NCBI GenBank assembly: GCA_019056805.1
Contig: DXJG01000010.1
Span: 1-32,000, forward strand
Length of the DNA: 32,000 nucleotides
Direction of reading: 5' to 3'
Source: Candidatus Baldrarchaeota archaeon
GTDB taxonomy: Archaea; Asgardarchaeota; Baldrarchaeia; Baldrarchaeales; DXJG01
The translations under genes were made by a program, and so were the position numbers. Positions 19,309 through 28,290 of this stretch are shown one piece after another. Under the pieces are notes generated by a model that was given only the letters and a program-made list of their open reading frames with translations, did no database searches and was not told the origin of the DNA. The first letter of the stretch is position 1; each line of letters starts with the position of its first letter.

Positions 19309-20025
19309 TTAAAAACGTTCTAAAACCTTAGGTACTTCCCTAATAGATTCTATCTCGAAATCCGGCTTCACATCCAAACCTCGTCTAACAACACCTGTTT
19401 TAACCAATATAGTATACATACCTACCTTCTTAGCTCCATAAATATCATACAATAAGTCATCTCCCACCATAACCGCTTCATCAGCCTTTGCACCACACCT
19501 ACTCAATATTTCTTCGAAATACGCTGGATGAGGCTTTATCGCATGCATATTCTCACCATGAGTAACTAAACAATAAGGTAAACCATCAACACCAGCCCAC
19601 CGCAGCCTAAGATCCACAGCAACAGCCTTAGTAATAGGATCAGTAGCAACACCTACACCTAAACCACTATCCAATAAAGCTTTCACAACTTCACGATTGC
19701 CCTTAACAGAACGATAAAACTGTTTCAACAAACCAAATTTTTCGTCATAAAACCTATTAACAATCTTCTCAACAACTGTAGGAGAAACCCTAAACTTTTC
19801 AGAAACTCTTAAACAAAACTCATCCATAATAGTTTTAACAAGCGGAGGGTTCTTCCTCATACCGTCTATAACTCCCAAAAACACCTCCGCAACAAAACTT
19901 TCCTTTAAATTCACTTCTTCTACAGCTACTTCCACAAGACCACCAACAAAAGTCCTCGCAAACAGTTCTCTATCCGTTACTTCACCTAAAGTATTATCCA
20001 AATCAAAAAACACAAATCTAACCAT
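19309..20025 (-). CDS. HAD-superfamily hydrolase (subfamily IA)
   Basis: FDLDNTL, VATD, KPHPAYF, MVGDDLLYDIYGA. True start is probably ATG 20025 behind GGGGTGG. Confidence 0.9.
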   Translation of the reverse strand: MVRFVFFDLDNTLGEVTDRELFARTFVGGLVEVAVEEVNLKESFVAEVFLGVIDGMRKNPPLVKTIMDEFCLRVSEKFRVSPTVVEKIVNRFYDEKFGLLKQFYRSVKGNREVVKALLDSGLGVGVATDPITKAVAVDLRLRWAGVDGLPYCLVTHGENMHAIKPHPAYFEEILSRCGAKADEAVMVGDDLLYDIYGAKKVGMYTILVKTGVVRRGLDVKPDFEIESIREVPKVLERF

Positions 20026-20286
20026 GCATAACCACCCCAACAAACAACAATAGTAAAACCGTAAACAAAACAACTTATATAAAACATTGACCCTTCAATC
20101 CCTCTAGTCTCCAGAGCCTTTCTAACCATGTGAATCCTCCCGTTCCGACCAGAAGTTTCCAATACGTCCCTTAAATCTTTTATAAGTGATCAAAATAAAA
20201 CTTCTCATCTCTTTATTTATCTGAAAATTCTCTTTTAGCCCATTCAACTTACCATAAAATCAAAACGTCAATGTTACTCATCTTCC

Positions 20287-20760
20287 CTATCTATCAATTA
20301 ATTTATCTGGACATTCATTGACATATTCACAGCCCTTACACTTGTAAGCTTCTCTCGTAGGTACAGCTTCTCTTTCCCCAAACCAAAAAGGCAAAGTCCA
20401 TTCCAAACTATTCAAAGCTCTCTTCTCATCAAAGTAATTGACATACACATTCATCTTTGTAGCTAACTTTTCACCACACAGCCCCGAGATATTTTCCAAA
20501 AACTGCTCAATACTTTTCGAAGTAATTTTTAACATTTCCTCCACTCTAAGAACAAAATCGATAAATCCCATACAATGGTAAAAATCTCCACATCTACCAC
20601 AATTTTTGATCCATAAGAACAAGAACATACTTTAGTTCGGAAGTATCAAACCCCATATTCTTAAGAAGCAAACAACACATATCTGCTCCGAACATGATAA
20701 CAAGCCGCATCCGCTCCCTCTACCCTAAGACCGAAGGTGAATATGTAAAACTCCCATGGA
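20287..20760 (-). pseudogene. Frameshifted, 5'-truncated Cas4/Exo5-like PD-(D/E)XK Fe-S nuclease
   Basis: Three overlapping frames join into one homologous path: YHVR (frame ending 20661), then CCLLLKNMGFDTSELKYVLV (20695..20594), then FDEKRALNSLEWTLPFWFGEREAVPT..KCKGCEYVNEC (20628..20287). The C-terminal CxxCxxxxxC matches the Cas4/AddB/Exo5 Fe-S ligands. Confidence 0.65.
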
Positions 20761-21121
20761 ACTTCGCCAATACAATTCAAAAAATATAGACGAGCTAAAG
20801 GATAAAAACAAAGTCCCAATTTTTCTGATTGTACGCTACGACCTGCTGAGAGAAATCCTTGGAGAGAACACGGCAAGAAGAACCATAAAAGAAGTTATTT
20901 CATCAAGCATGATAAAAAATGATATCTGTATAATTACAGTATCCCATTCCGATAAAAGTGAGAACAAAGAGTTAAGAGAATTTGCCACAGCAATTATTAA
21001 AGTATTTGAAGAACATGGAAAAACATTCATATACGGTGAAAAACCATACATTCAACTCTTCGGAATAACATTCCAAGAAAAAGAAAATCACATAGAATCA
21101 AATTTCATACCCGTAGCATAA
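20756..21121 (+). pseudogene. Possible C-terminal fragment of a GvpD/KaiC-like RecA-fold protein
   Basis: YDLLREILG..DICIIT..IIKVFEEHGKTFIYGEKPY resembles the GvpD-like C-terminus. No P-loop is present. Its 5' end abuts the nuclease remnant. Confidence 0.35.
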
Positions 21122-21170
21122 GATAGATAACCAAATTTTAATTAAGAATACAAGCCTTAAAACTAAAAAC

Positions 21171-21244
21171 ATTGATCTCAATAATATACTGGGCAGCGGC
21201 TTCCAAAAGATTCACCAATCTTAATATTATACAACCCAACGTAG
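21171..21244 (+). pseudogene. Short frameshifted remnant resembling the start of a KaiC/RAD55/GvpD-type RecA domain
   Basis: IDLNNILGSGF, a 1-nt shift, then KDSPILILYNPT*, compared with the consensus xLDxILGGGxPKGSxILI. Confidence 0.3.
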
Positions 21245-21491
21245 TATTTCGAATATTCAATAACCATCAACTAAGATAATTTCATGGTCACTTCTTTACT
21301 AAGGCCTCATGTATTTTTGTCGTATCCTTCTAACCAAAATCTTACAAAACTCAAACATAAAAATTGAAATCAAAATGACCAAATCATATTTTCACCCAGA
21401 AAAAGAACACTAATAAACCCATTAAACTATCATTAAATTAACACAAAATTTGAAACTTAAAGGTTAATTTAATGAAAAAAGGTTATGAAAA

Positions 21492-21701
21492 TTGAGTATA
21501 GGAATACTTTTAAACGTATTTGCAAAATATCCCGTTATTGTCGCCGTTTTCTTACTGGTAGGTGGAGGAATTTTACTTGGAATAGCTAGTTTACTCACCG
21601 GAATAGCGCTTTTCAAAACACTATGTATAATCCTGATAGCTCTTGGTCTACTTATACTTCTCATCAATTTCTTCCTAAAATCAACATCTAAAAAACAATA
21701 A
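21492..21701 (+). CDS. Small two-TM membrane protein
   Basis: 69 aa, two hydrophobic segments and a basic C-terminus. TTG start. Confidence 0.55.
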   Translation: MSIGILLNVFAKYPVIVAVFLLVGGGILLGIASLLTGIALFKTLCIILIALGLLILLINFFLKSTSKKQ

Positions 21702-21864
21702 AAGGGCTAATATTTTGTCACTTTCAATTTATTTTTATATACCATTTGCAAATTTCACTTTAGTTTATTCCGCACCTATCTTCATCACTTTTAAAGGTAC
21801 ATTTAAGTTTCAGCAAATTAAATGTAGATAAACCATAATAGATTTAAGTAGATGTGAGTGTAGG

Positions 21865-22383
21865 GTGGTCTTTTTGGGTGTAGTGGTTTTTGACATCGAT
21901 GGAGTATTAATTGATCCTAGTAAACGCTTAGAAAAATGCTTAGAGGAACAAGGAGCATCGTCTTTTAAAAATTTAGATAAACGTAGCAAGCGAGTTTTTT
22001 GGAAATGTTTTCTAAGCGACAAATACATGGATTTAGATGAACCAATCATTGAAAATATCAAGTATCTACAAAAATTGAAAGGAAAGGGAGTAAAAATCAT
22101 ATTGTTAACCGGGAGGAGAGAGGACACTCAAAAAGCTGCAACTTTATCACAACTAGATAAATGGAAAATACCCTACGATGAAATATACTTCAGAAGAAAA
22201 AACGACTTTAGAAAAGACTTCATATATAAAGCAAGTATAATAAAACTTCTTTTAAAAAGAAAATATGAAATCTTGGAAATATGGGATGACAATGAAGAAG
22301 TAGCTACCAAACTAAAAGAAATAACCTCAAACACAAAAATTATCCTATATAATCCCAACACCAAACAAAAACAGATACTATAA
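21865..22383 (+). CDS. Stand-alone HAD phosphatase resembling the T4 PNKP 3'-phosphatase / acid phosphatase domain
   Basis: FDIDGVL, ILLTGR, YFR..DFRKD..YK and EIWDDN. Confidence 0.78.
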   Translation: MVFLGVVVFDIDGVLIDPSKRLEKCLEEQGASSFKNLDKRSKRVFWKCFLSDKYMDLDEPIIENIKYLQKLKGKGVKIILLTGRREDTQKAATLSQLDKWKIPYDEIYFRRKNDFRKDFIYKASIIKLLLKRKYEILEIWDDNEEVATKLKEITSNTKIILYNPNTKQKQIL

Positions 22384-22507
22384 TCTCAAAGCCAAAAACT
22401 ATCCACATAACAATCATTTAAGATTAAAATATCCTAGAACTTAAAATGCTGTTAACGAAGTGTATAAATAAAGATAGGATATTGGTTTTGAAACATGTTT
22501 AATATCG

Positions 22508-23896
22508 CTAGCTTACTCCAATTTTTTCTACTCTTATAATGTCGGTTGCTCCAGCAGTCATACCAGCAGTTAAAATTACTATATCACCTAATGTAATTTC
22601 CTGTTTCTCCCTGAGAAAATCAATAATTTTCGGAAACGCACTTTGAGGATCAGTTTCATCTATAGTATACGCTTTTACTCCTCTAAGTATTCCTAGTTGT
22701 CTTGCAGCTTTCAACATGGGAGTAAATGCGTAAACCTCACTATTAGGCCTATACCTAGCAAGCCTGTAAGCAGTAGTACCTTTCCTTGTATAGGCCACTA
22801 TTTTAGCTCCTAAAGATTCGGAAAGCTGAACAATACCATGAGCAAACCTATCATACAATTCTTCTTCCTTAGGTTCAACCTCCATAATTTTACCTTTCTC
22901 AGCTTCCCTTATTATTCTATTAAGCCATAAAACACTTTCAACAGGATATTTACCGATCGCAGTCTCCCCTGTTAAAAGCAAACCATCAACACCTTCCCTA
23001 ATAGCTGCAACAACATCAACAACCTCAGATCTAGAAGGTATAGGATTCTCACACATAGAATCAAGTAGCTGGGTCCCAATCATAACTGGTTTCCCAAGCT
23101 CCCTAGACACCCTAACTATATCTCTTTGAATCTCAGGTATTCTCTCCAAATCATAATAGATCGCTAAATCCCCCCTAGCCACCAAAATAGCATCACTTTC
23201 CTTAACTATCCACTTAAGATTCTCAACACCCCTCTTAGTCTCAATCTTCGACAAAATCTTAACATCTTCCCCACCTAAACTATCAAGTATCTCCCTTAAC
23301 CCCTTCACATCCCTAGCAGTTCTAACAAATGATAAACCGATATAATCAAGACCCTTCTCAACCCCAAACTTAACATCCTCAACATCCTTATCACTTAAAG
23401 TCGGAAGAGGAATATCCTTACCCTTAATTGCCAAAGTCTTCTCAGGTTTAATAACACCATCAACAAGAACCTCAGCCTTAACCTTAACATCCAAAATATT
23501 TCTAACCTGCAAAACAACTCTCCCACTCTCAATCAAAATAACATCTCCATCCTCAATCATACTATACAACTTCTCATTAGGAACTGGAACCTCCTTCTTC
23601 TCGATATCACCTTTTACATCATTAATAAGATAAACAATATCACCTCTTTTCACAGGTAAATCTTCCATTTCACCAACCCGAACGACAGGCCCTTGCAAAT
23701 CTCCCACAATAGGAATAAAAAGCTTTCTACGCCCCTCTATATCCCTAATAATCTTTATAATTTCCTCCTTTTCCTCATGTGTACCATGGGAAAAATTCAA
23801 TCTAAAACCATCAACACCAGCCCTTATAAGCCTCAAAATCATACTCCTACTAAACGTAGAAGGCCCTAAAGTAACGAAGATCTTAGTCTTCCTCAT
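22508..23896 (-). CDS. pyk: Pyruvate kinase
   Basis: TKIFVTLGP, RLNFSHG, DLQGP, KIET, ARGDL, TQLLDSM, GETA. Start ATG 23896 behind GAGGT; the ORF track gives 23911. Confidence 0.96.
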   Translation of the reverse strand: MRKTKIFVTLGPSTFSRSMILRLIRAGVDGFRLNFSHGTHEEKEEIIKIIRDIEGRRKLFIPIVGDLQGPVVRVGEMEDLPVKRGDIVYLINDVKGDIEKKEVPVPNEKLYSMIEDGDVILIESGRVVLQVRNILDVKVKAEVLVDGVIKPEKTLAIKGKDIPLPTLSDKDVEDVKFGVEKGLDYIGLSFVRTARDVKGLREILDSLGGEDVKILSKIETKRGVENLKWIVKESDAILVARGDLAIYYDLERIPEIQRDIVRVSRELGKPVMIGTQLLDSMCENPIPSRSEVVDVVAAIREGVDGLLLTGETAIGKYPVESVLWLNRIIREAEKGKIMEVEPKEEELYDRFAHGIVQLSESLGAKIVAYTRKGTTAYRLARYRPNSEVYAFTPMLKAARQLGILRGVKAYTIDETDPQSAFPKIIDFLREKQEITLGDIVILTAGMTAGATDIIRVEKIGVS

Positions 23897-24074
23897 AAAC
23901 CTCATCTCCAAGATTCATCAATAAATTAAATCAACATAAATAACAACAAAATAGAGTATATAAGATAAATGGTTAAGAAACAAAACTTAACAATAATCTA
24001 AACTTAAAACTTATATAATCAAGCCTTATATTAGCATTCGGACAAATATAACATCTTCTCCATAAACTAAATGA

Positions 24075-24251
24075 GGAGTCATTTATGGAAGTTTACTCGA
24101 AGGGGAGAGGCCCCTTAGATCCTTTGAAGACGACAATTTTCTCCAAATTATAGAGGAAAAAGCACTAAAAAACAGAGGAAATATTCTTGTTTTAGAGATT
24201 TCAATGATAGCTAGAATTTTTGAAGGGGAACTACCAAAGCTCAGCCATTAA
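24075..24251 (+). pseudogene. Possible remnant of a minimal nucleotidyltransferase (MNT)
   Basis: Start-less frame GVIYGSLLEGERPLRSFEDDNFLQIIEEK.. resembles the MNT GS..F.D.D motif only weakly. Confidence 0.22.
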
Positions 24252-24429
24252 TAAAGTTGAGGTTAGAGAATTTTGGTGCAAAATTGTACCATCTTCATAC
24301 ATATTTTACTATTAACAAAAATACTTCAAATTAAAACCATACAGAAAAACCACCATAAATTCTTCTTTTAATCACACACAACAAACACAACAATACTCCT
24401 TTTTTGGATTCTTGAGATTAAAATACAAT

Positions 24430-24463
24430 AAAGTATATAAGTTGAAATAAAAGTATAATACTT
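24430..24463 (+). promoter_or_regulatory. Repeat/palindrome directly upstream of the archaeal ATPase gene
   Basis: AAAGTATA at 24430 and 24450 (20-bp spacing), and an AAGTAT-A-ATACTT inverted repeat at 24451-24463 abutting the ATG. Confidence 0.3.
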
Positions 24464-25858
24464 ATGATTCAACAATTTATAAATAGAGAAAAAGAATTAA
24501 AATTTCTTGAAAAAAGATATTTATCCGATAAATCAGAGCTAATCGTAATCTATGGACGACGTAGAATTGGAAAAACAGAATTAATACTGAAATTTGCCAA
24601 AGACAAACCACATATTTACCTTCTAGCAACTGAAAAACCAATAAAAGACAACTTAAAAGACCTACAAAATCTCATGGCCAACTATCTCCAAGATGAATTA
24701 TTTAAACTTGCAAAAATAGAGGATTTTGAAAAACTATTTAAAGAATTTCTTAAAAGAAAAGGAAAAGAAAAAACAATTATTATCATAGACGAATTTCCAA
24801 TTCTAATAGAAAGATACAAACCGATTATATCCATTTTCCAGAGAATTTGGGACACGTTAATTTCCAACAGAAAAGACATAATGTTAATTCTCTGCGGATC
24901 AAGCGTTGGAATGATGGAAACCGAAGTACTCGGATACAAAAGTCCTTTATACGGTAGAAGAACAGGGCAGTGGAAAGTTGAAGAAATCGAATTCTGGTAT
25001 CTTAACCATTTTTTCCCAAAATACGAATTTACAGAATTAATTAAAATATACGGAGTAGTTGGAGGTATACCCGGCTACTTAACAAGGTTTGATGCCGATA
25101 AAACACTCAAGGAAAACCTTATAGAAAACGTATTTTCAAAAGGCAGCTACCTCTATGAAGAAGCAGAAATACTTCTTAAACAAGAGTTAAGAGAGCCAGC
25201 CAACTACTTTGCAATACTCAAAGCAGTCTCAGCAGGAAAAAGAAAATTCGGGGAAATCGTAAATGAAACAGACCTAGATAAATCCATGATCTCAAAATAT
25301 CTCTCAGTTTTACAGAACCTTAAGATAGTTGAAAGAATTTTACCAGTAATGACAAGCATAAAAGAGAAAACAAGAATAAAAAGAGGAATATACGTAATAT
25401 CAGATAAGTATTTATCCTTTTGGTTCCGCTTCATTTTCCCATATAAAAGTCTGCTTGAAAGCGGCGAACTCGGCACCTTCATGAAAATATTCAACAAGGA
25501 ATTCAACAATTACCTAGGAGAAGTTTTTGAAGATCTATGCAGAAAATATTTCATAAAAAAACTCGTAAAACACCCTCTTAAAGAAATAGGAAAATGGTGG
25601 CACAAAGGAGAAGAAATCGACATCGTAGGCGTAGGAGTCTCAGAAAACCTAATTCTCATAGAAACCAAATGGTCAGACATCTCCTACAGAGAAGCAATAA
25701 AAATACTAAAAAATCTTGAAGAGAAAGCTAAAATCTTTGAAAAAAGCAAAAAATATGGAATAATAGCTAAAAAAATCAACAACAAAGAAAAAATCCGAGA
25801 AAAAGGATATCTAGCATGGGATCTAACAGATATACAACCAAATAAATCCTATAAATGA
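24464..25858 (+). CDS. Archaeal ATPase (COG1672-type) with winged helix and DUF234/PD-(D/E)XK C-terminal domain
   Basis: FINREKEL, Walker A YGRRRIGKT, Walker B IIIDEF, LCGSS, YGRRTG, FWFRF, GKWW..EEIDIV..IETKW. Confidence 0.93.
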   Translation: MIQQFINREKELKFLEKRYLSDKSELIVIYGRRRIGKTELILKFAKDKPHIYLLATEKPIKDNLKDLQNLMANYLQDELFKLAKIEDFEKLFKEFLKRKGKEKTIIIIDEFPILIERYKPIISIFQRIWDTLISNRKDIMLILCGSSVGMMETEVLGYKSPLYGRRTGQWKVEEIEFWYLNHFFPKYEFTELIKIYGVVGGIPGYLTRFDADKTLKENLIENVFSKGSYLYEEAEILLKQELREPANYFAILKAVSAGKRKFGEIVNETDLDKSMISKYLSVLQNLKIVERILPVMTSIKEKTRIKRGIYVISDKYLSFWFRFIFPYKSLLESGELGTFMKIFNKEFNNYLGEVFEDLCRKYFIKKLVKHPLKEIGKWWHKGEEIDIVGVGVSENLILIETKWSDISYREAIKILKNLEEKAKIFEKSKKYGIIAKKINNKEKIREKGYLAWDLTDIQPNKSYK

Positions 25859-26028
25859 TCCATAAACTTACCTAAAAATAATTTAAAATAAAAGTAAACA
25901 TCAATATTTTAAATTTAATCTAAAACTTCACAAATTTATATAAGCTACACGATTTAAATCTAAGAAAAAATTAAAATCACATGGCAATTTTCTGAAACAT
26001 GAAGTTAAAACGATTTAGGTGTTATATT

Positions 26029-26493
26029 ATGAAGCTATATTTAGTTCAACACGGCGAAGCGAAAAGAAAAGAAGAAGACCCTTCAAGACCATTAACCAAT
26101 AAAGGTATCAAAGACGCTGAAAAAGTTGCAGAATACATTTCCAAACTCGACATAAAAGTTAAAAAGATTTTCCACAGCGGAAAACTGAGAGCCAAACAAA
26201 CAGCAGAAATATACGCTAAATACCTAAAACCTGAAGAGGGAATTTCAGAAACCGACGGACTAAACCCACTAGACGAGCCAAAAACTTGGATCGAAAAAAT
26301 AAAAACCATAGATGAAGACATAATGCTCACAGGGCACTTACCACATCTAAGCAAACTCGCATCAGCCCTAATAACCGGAGATGAGAACAGAGAAATCATA
26401 AAATTTAGAAACGCAGGAATAATATGCCTAGAAAGAGACGAACAAGGCAAATGGACAATCCTATGGGTAATACCCCCAGAACTGATTCCATAA
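26029..26493 (+). CDS. sixA: Phosphohistidine phosphatase SixA
   Basis: LYLVQHGEA, RPLT..G, HSGKLRAKQTA, LTGHLPHL. AGGTG ribosome-binding site before ATG 26029. Confidence 0.9.
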   Translation: MKLYLVQHGEAKRKEEDPSRPLTNKGIKDAEKVAEYISKLDIKVKKIFHSGKLRAKQTAEIYAKYLKPEEGISETDGLNPLDEPKTWIEKIKTIDEDIMLTGHLPHLSKLASALITGDENREIIKFRNAGIICLERDEQGKWTILWVIPPELIP

Positions 26494-26616
26494 GATTACT
26501 ATCTTTCAAAAACAATCTTCGTCAAAAAATTTTGATCATAAAAGACTTTACCACAACGAGACAACCCAAGGTTTATATGCACAAAATTTGAATTTATCCA
26601 AAAGGAGGACCCCAAA

Positions 26617-26737
26617 AATGCCTTGCTGCCATACTAAAAAAGAAAAATACGAATGCTGCGGATTGACCTTTAACACAAAAGAAGAGCTAGAAGAACATAA
26701 AAACAAAACGCACAAAAAGAAACCTTGTTCAACATAA
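26617..26737 (+). CDS. Cys/His zinc-finger-like micro-protein (39 aa if one A is removed from the A7 run)
   Basis: TATA-like TTTATATG at 26572, AGGAGG at 26603-26608, ATG 26617 reading MPCCHTKK. The frame shifted by +1 continues EKYECCGLTFNTKEELEEHKNKTHKKKPCST*. Confidence 0.6.
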
Positions 26738-26940
26738 TAAACACCTAATTTTCTACACTTTAATTTAAAACGCATATTTTTCACGATCGATCTCAAAAGT
26801 TTCAGAGTAACATCATCACATTTTTTCTCTAAGTATTTCAAATTTTGTTATTGTTTTGTGGGCTAGTTTCGATTTGGCGGGCTTGACGGTATTATCAGCG
26901 TATATTTTTTGAGTATCTTTAAAAGTAGACAAAGAACATA

Positions 26941-28290
26941 GTGTTAATTATGCCTCGATTCTTAGATTTGTTTCTTCATGAAATTCGTCAAACAAAAGAC
27001 AAAATAAAAAACCTCCTACTAATATCAAAAGATAAACTTCAACTATATGAAAATCTCCTCCCAAAATACTGGAACCCTTTACAAATCGCCCAGGAGTTTC
27101 ATGGCGAGGTTTTCGCAGTAGATGGCAGCGATGGCGTCATCGAATATAGAGACGGAGTAATTATTCATGTCTGTCGAGCCCTAGGCCTATCAAATACGCA
27201 CAAAGAATGTAGAGAACTAAAAATAAACGTATTCTACGGTCCTAGGAAAAGAAATGACCTTATAACTTTTAGAAGTAGAATGAGAGAACACATAGAACAC
27301 CTAGTAGCCCTAAAGTGCCTAAACAACTACCATGAGAACTCAAATAGTCGCATACTACTTTTAGATGGATCTCTCTACGGCAGAATAGCCCACTTACCCA
27401 AAGACTCCGAAATACCTGGATATCAAGCATTTATGCTAAAATACATAGAAACCTATACAAATCTTCTCGAAAAATCCGAAGAAAAACATATACCAATAAT
27501 AGGAATAAGCAAAGACTCGAGATCAAGAATCCTAACAAGAATCCTACTAACCCACAAACTAAAAAACTACCTTACACATAACCCACTAAACCCTGAAATC
27601 AAAGAAACAATAATATCAAGCTGGGGAGAAATCTGGAAAAGACCAAGAAATGCGCTAAGAAAAATGGAAAAACTCTCCAAACAAATTCCAATACCCTCCG
27701 AAATCCGAGAAATTTTCAAAGAAGCTTTAACATCAAGACCAGACATCCAAATCATAACCTCTCTCATAAAAGAACCAGGATACACAACTCCACTTATCTT
27801 AGGAATACCAACACCTGTTCTCGATCCGTTAATTTATGCTTTTGAAGGAGGAACAATAGAAACCTACATTGAAAATAATTTTTCTAAAGCTTTAGTTGAA
27901 CAAGGAGAAGAACTCTTCAACTGGGCGAAAAAAGTCTTACCAAAGATTTTTGAGTACCCTGCAATTTTCATGTTCTATTATATTTCTGGGAAAAATGAGA
28001 TACCTCTACGTATAGATGTTCCCAGCTGGATGCTTGGACACAACTACACTATAAACGATGTAACAAGTTATGAAGCTTCTTGTTCTCAAGAAAAATTAGA
28101 ATGGATATTAAACATGCTAAATAGTTTTTATGCTGGACCAAAACACTACAACGTTTTATTGGAAGAAGTTGATGCAAAAGTTAAACTCAAACAAAAAGAT
28201 CTCACAACCATTTATGAATCCACCTTAATGAAAGAACTAAAAATGATAATAGAACACACGAGGGATGTAAGACGTGTCAAATACCCATAA
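26941..28290 (+). CDS. nurA: NurA 5'-3' nuclease
   Basis: FAVDGS, LLDGSL, IIGISKDS, RIDVP, YNVLLEEVDAKVK, and position in the herA-mre11-rad50 operon. Confidence 0.9.
   Translation: MLIMPRFLDLFLHEIRQTKDKIKNLLLISKDKLQLYENLLPKYWNPLQIAQEFHGEVFAVDGSDGVIEYRDGVIIHVCRALGLSNTHKECRELKINVFYGPRKRNDLITFRSRMREHIEHLVALKCLNNYHENSNSRILLLDGSLYGRIAHLPKDSEIPGYQAFMLKYIETYTNLLEKSEEKHIPIIGISKDSRSRILTRILLTHKLKNYLTHNPLNPEIKETIISSWGEIWKRPRNALRKMEKLSKQIPIPSEIREIFKEALTSRPDIQIITSLIKEPGYTTPLILGIPTPVLDPLIYAFEGGTIETYIENNFSKALVEQGEELFNWAKKVLPKIFEYPAIFMFYYISGKNEIPLRIDVPSWMLGHNYTINDVTSYEASCSQEKLEWILNMLNSFYAGPKHYNVLLEEVDAKVKLKQKDLTTIYESTLMKELKMIIEHTRDVRRVKYP

Noticed and set aside
20287-20760. Cas4-like motif as evidence of a CRISPR-Cas locus
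   Set aside because: No repeat-spacer array, cas1 or cas2 anywhere in the window.
26548-26841. 97-aa minus-strand ORF between sixA and nurA
   Set aside because: It is antisense to the zinc-finger micro-gene, which has a TATA element, a ribosome-binding site and a coherent motif.
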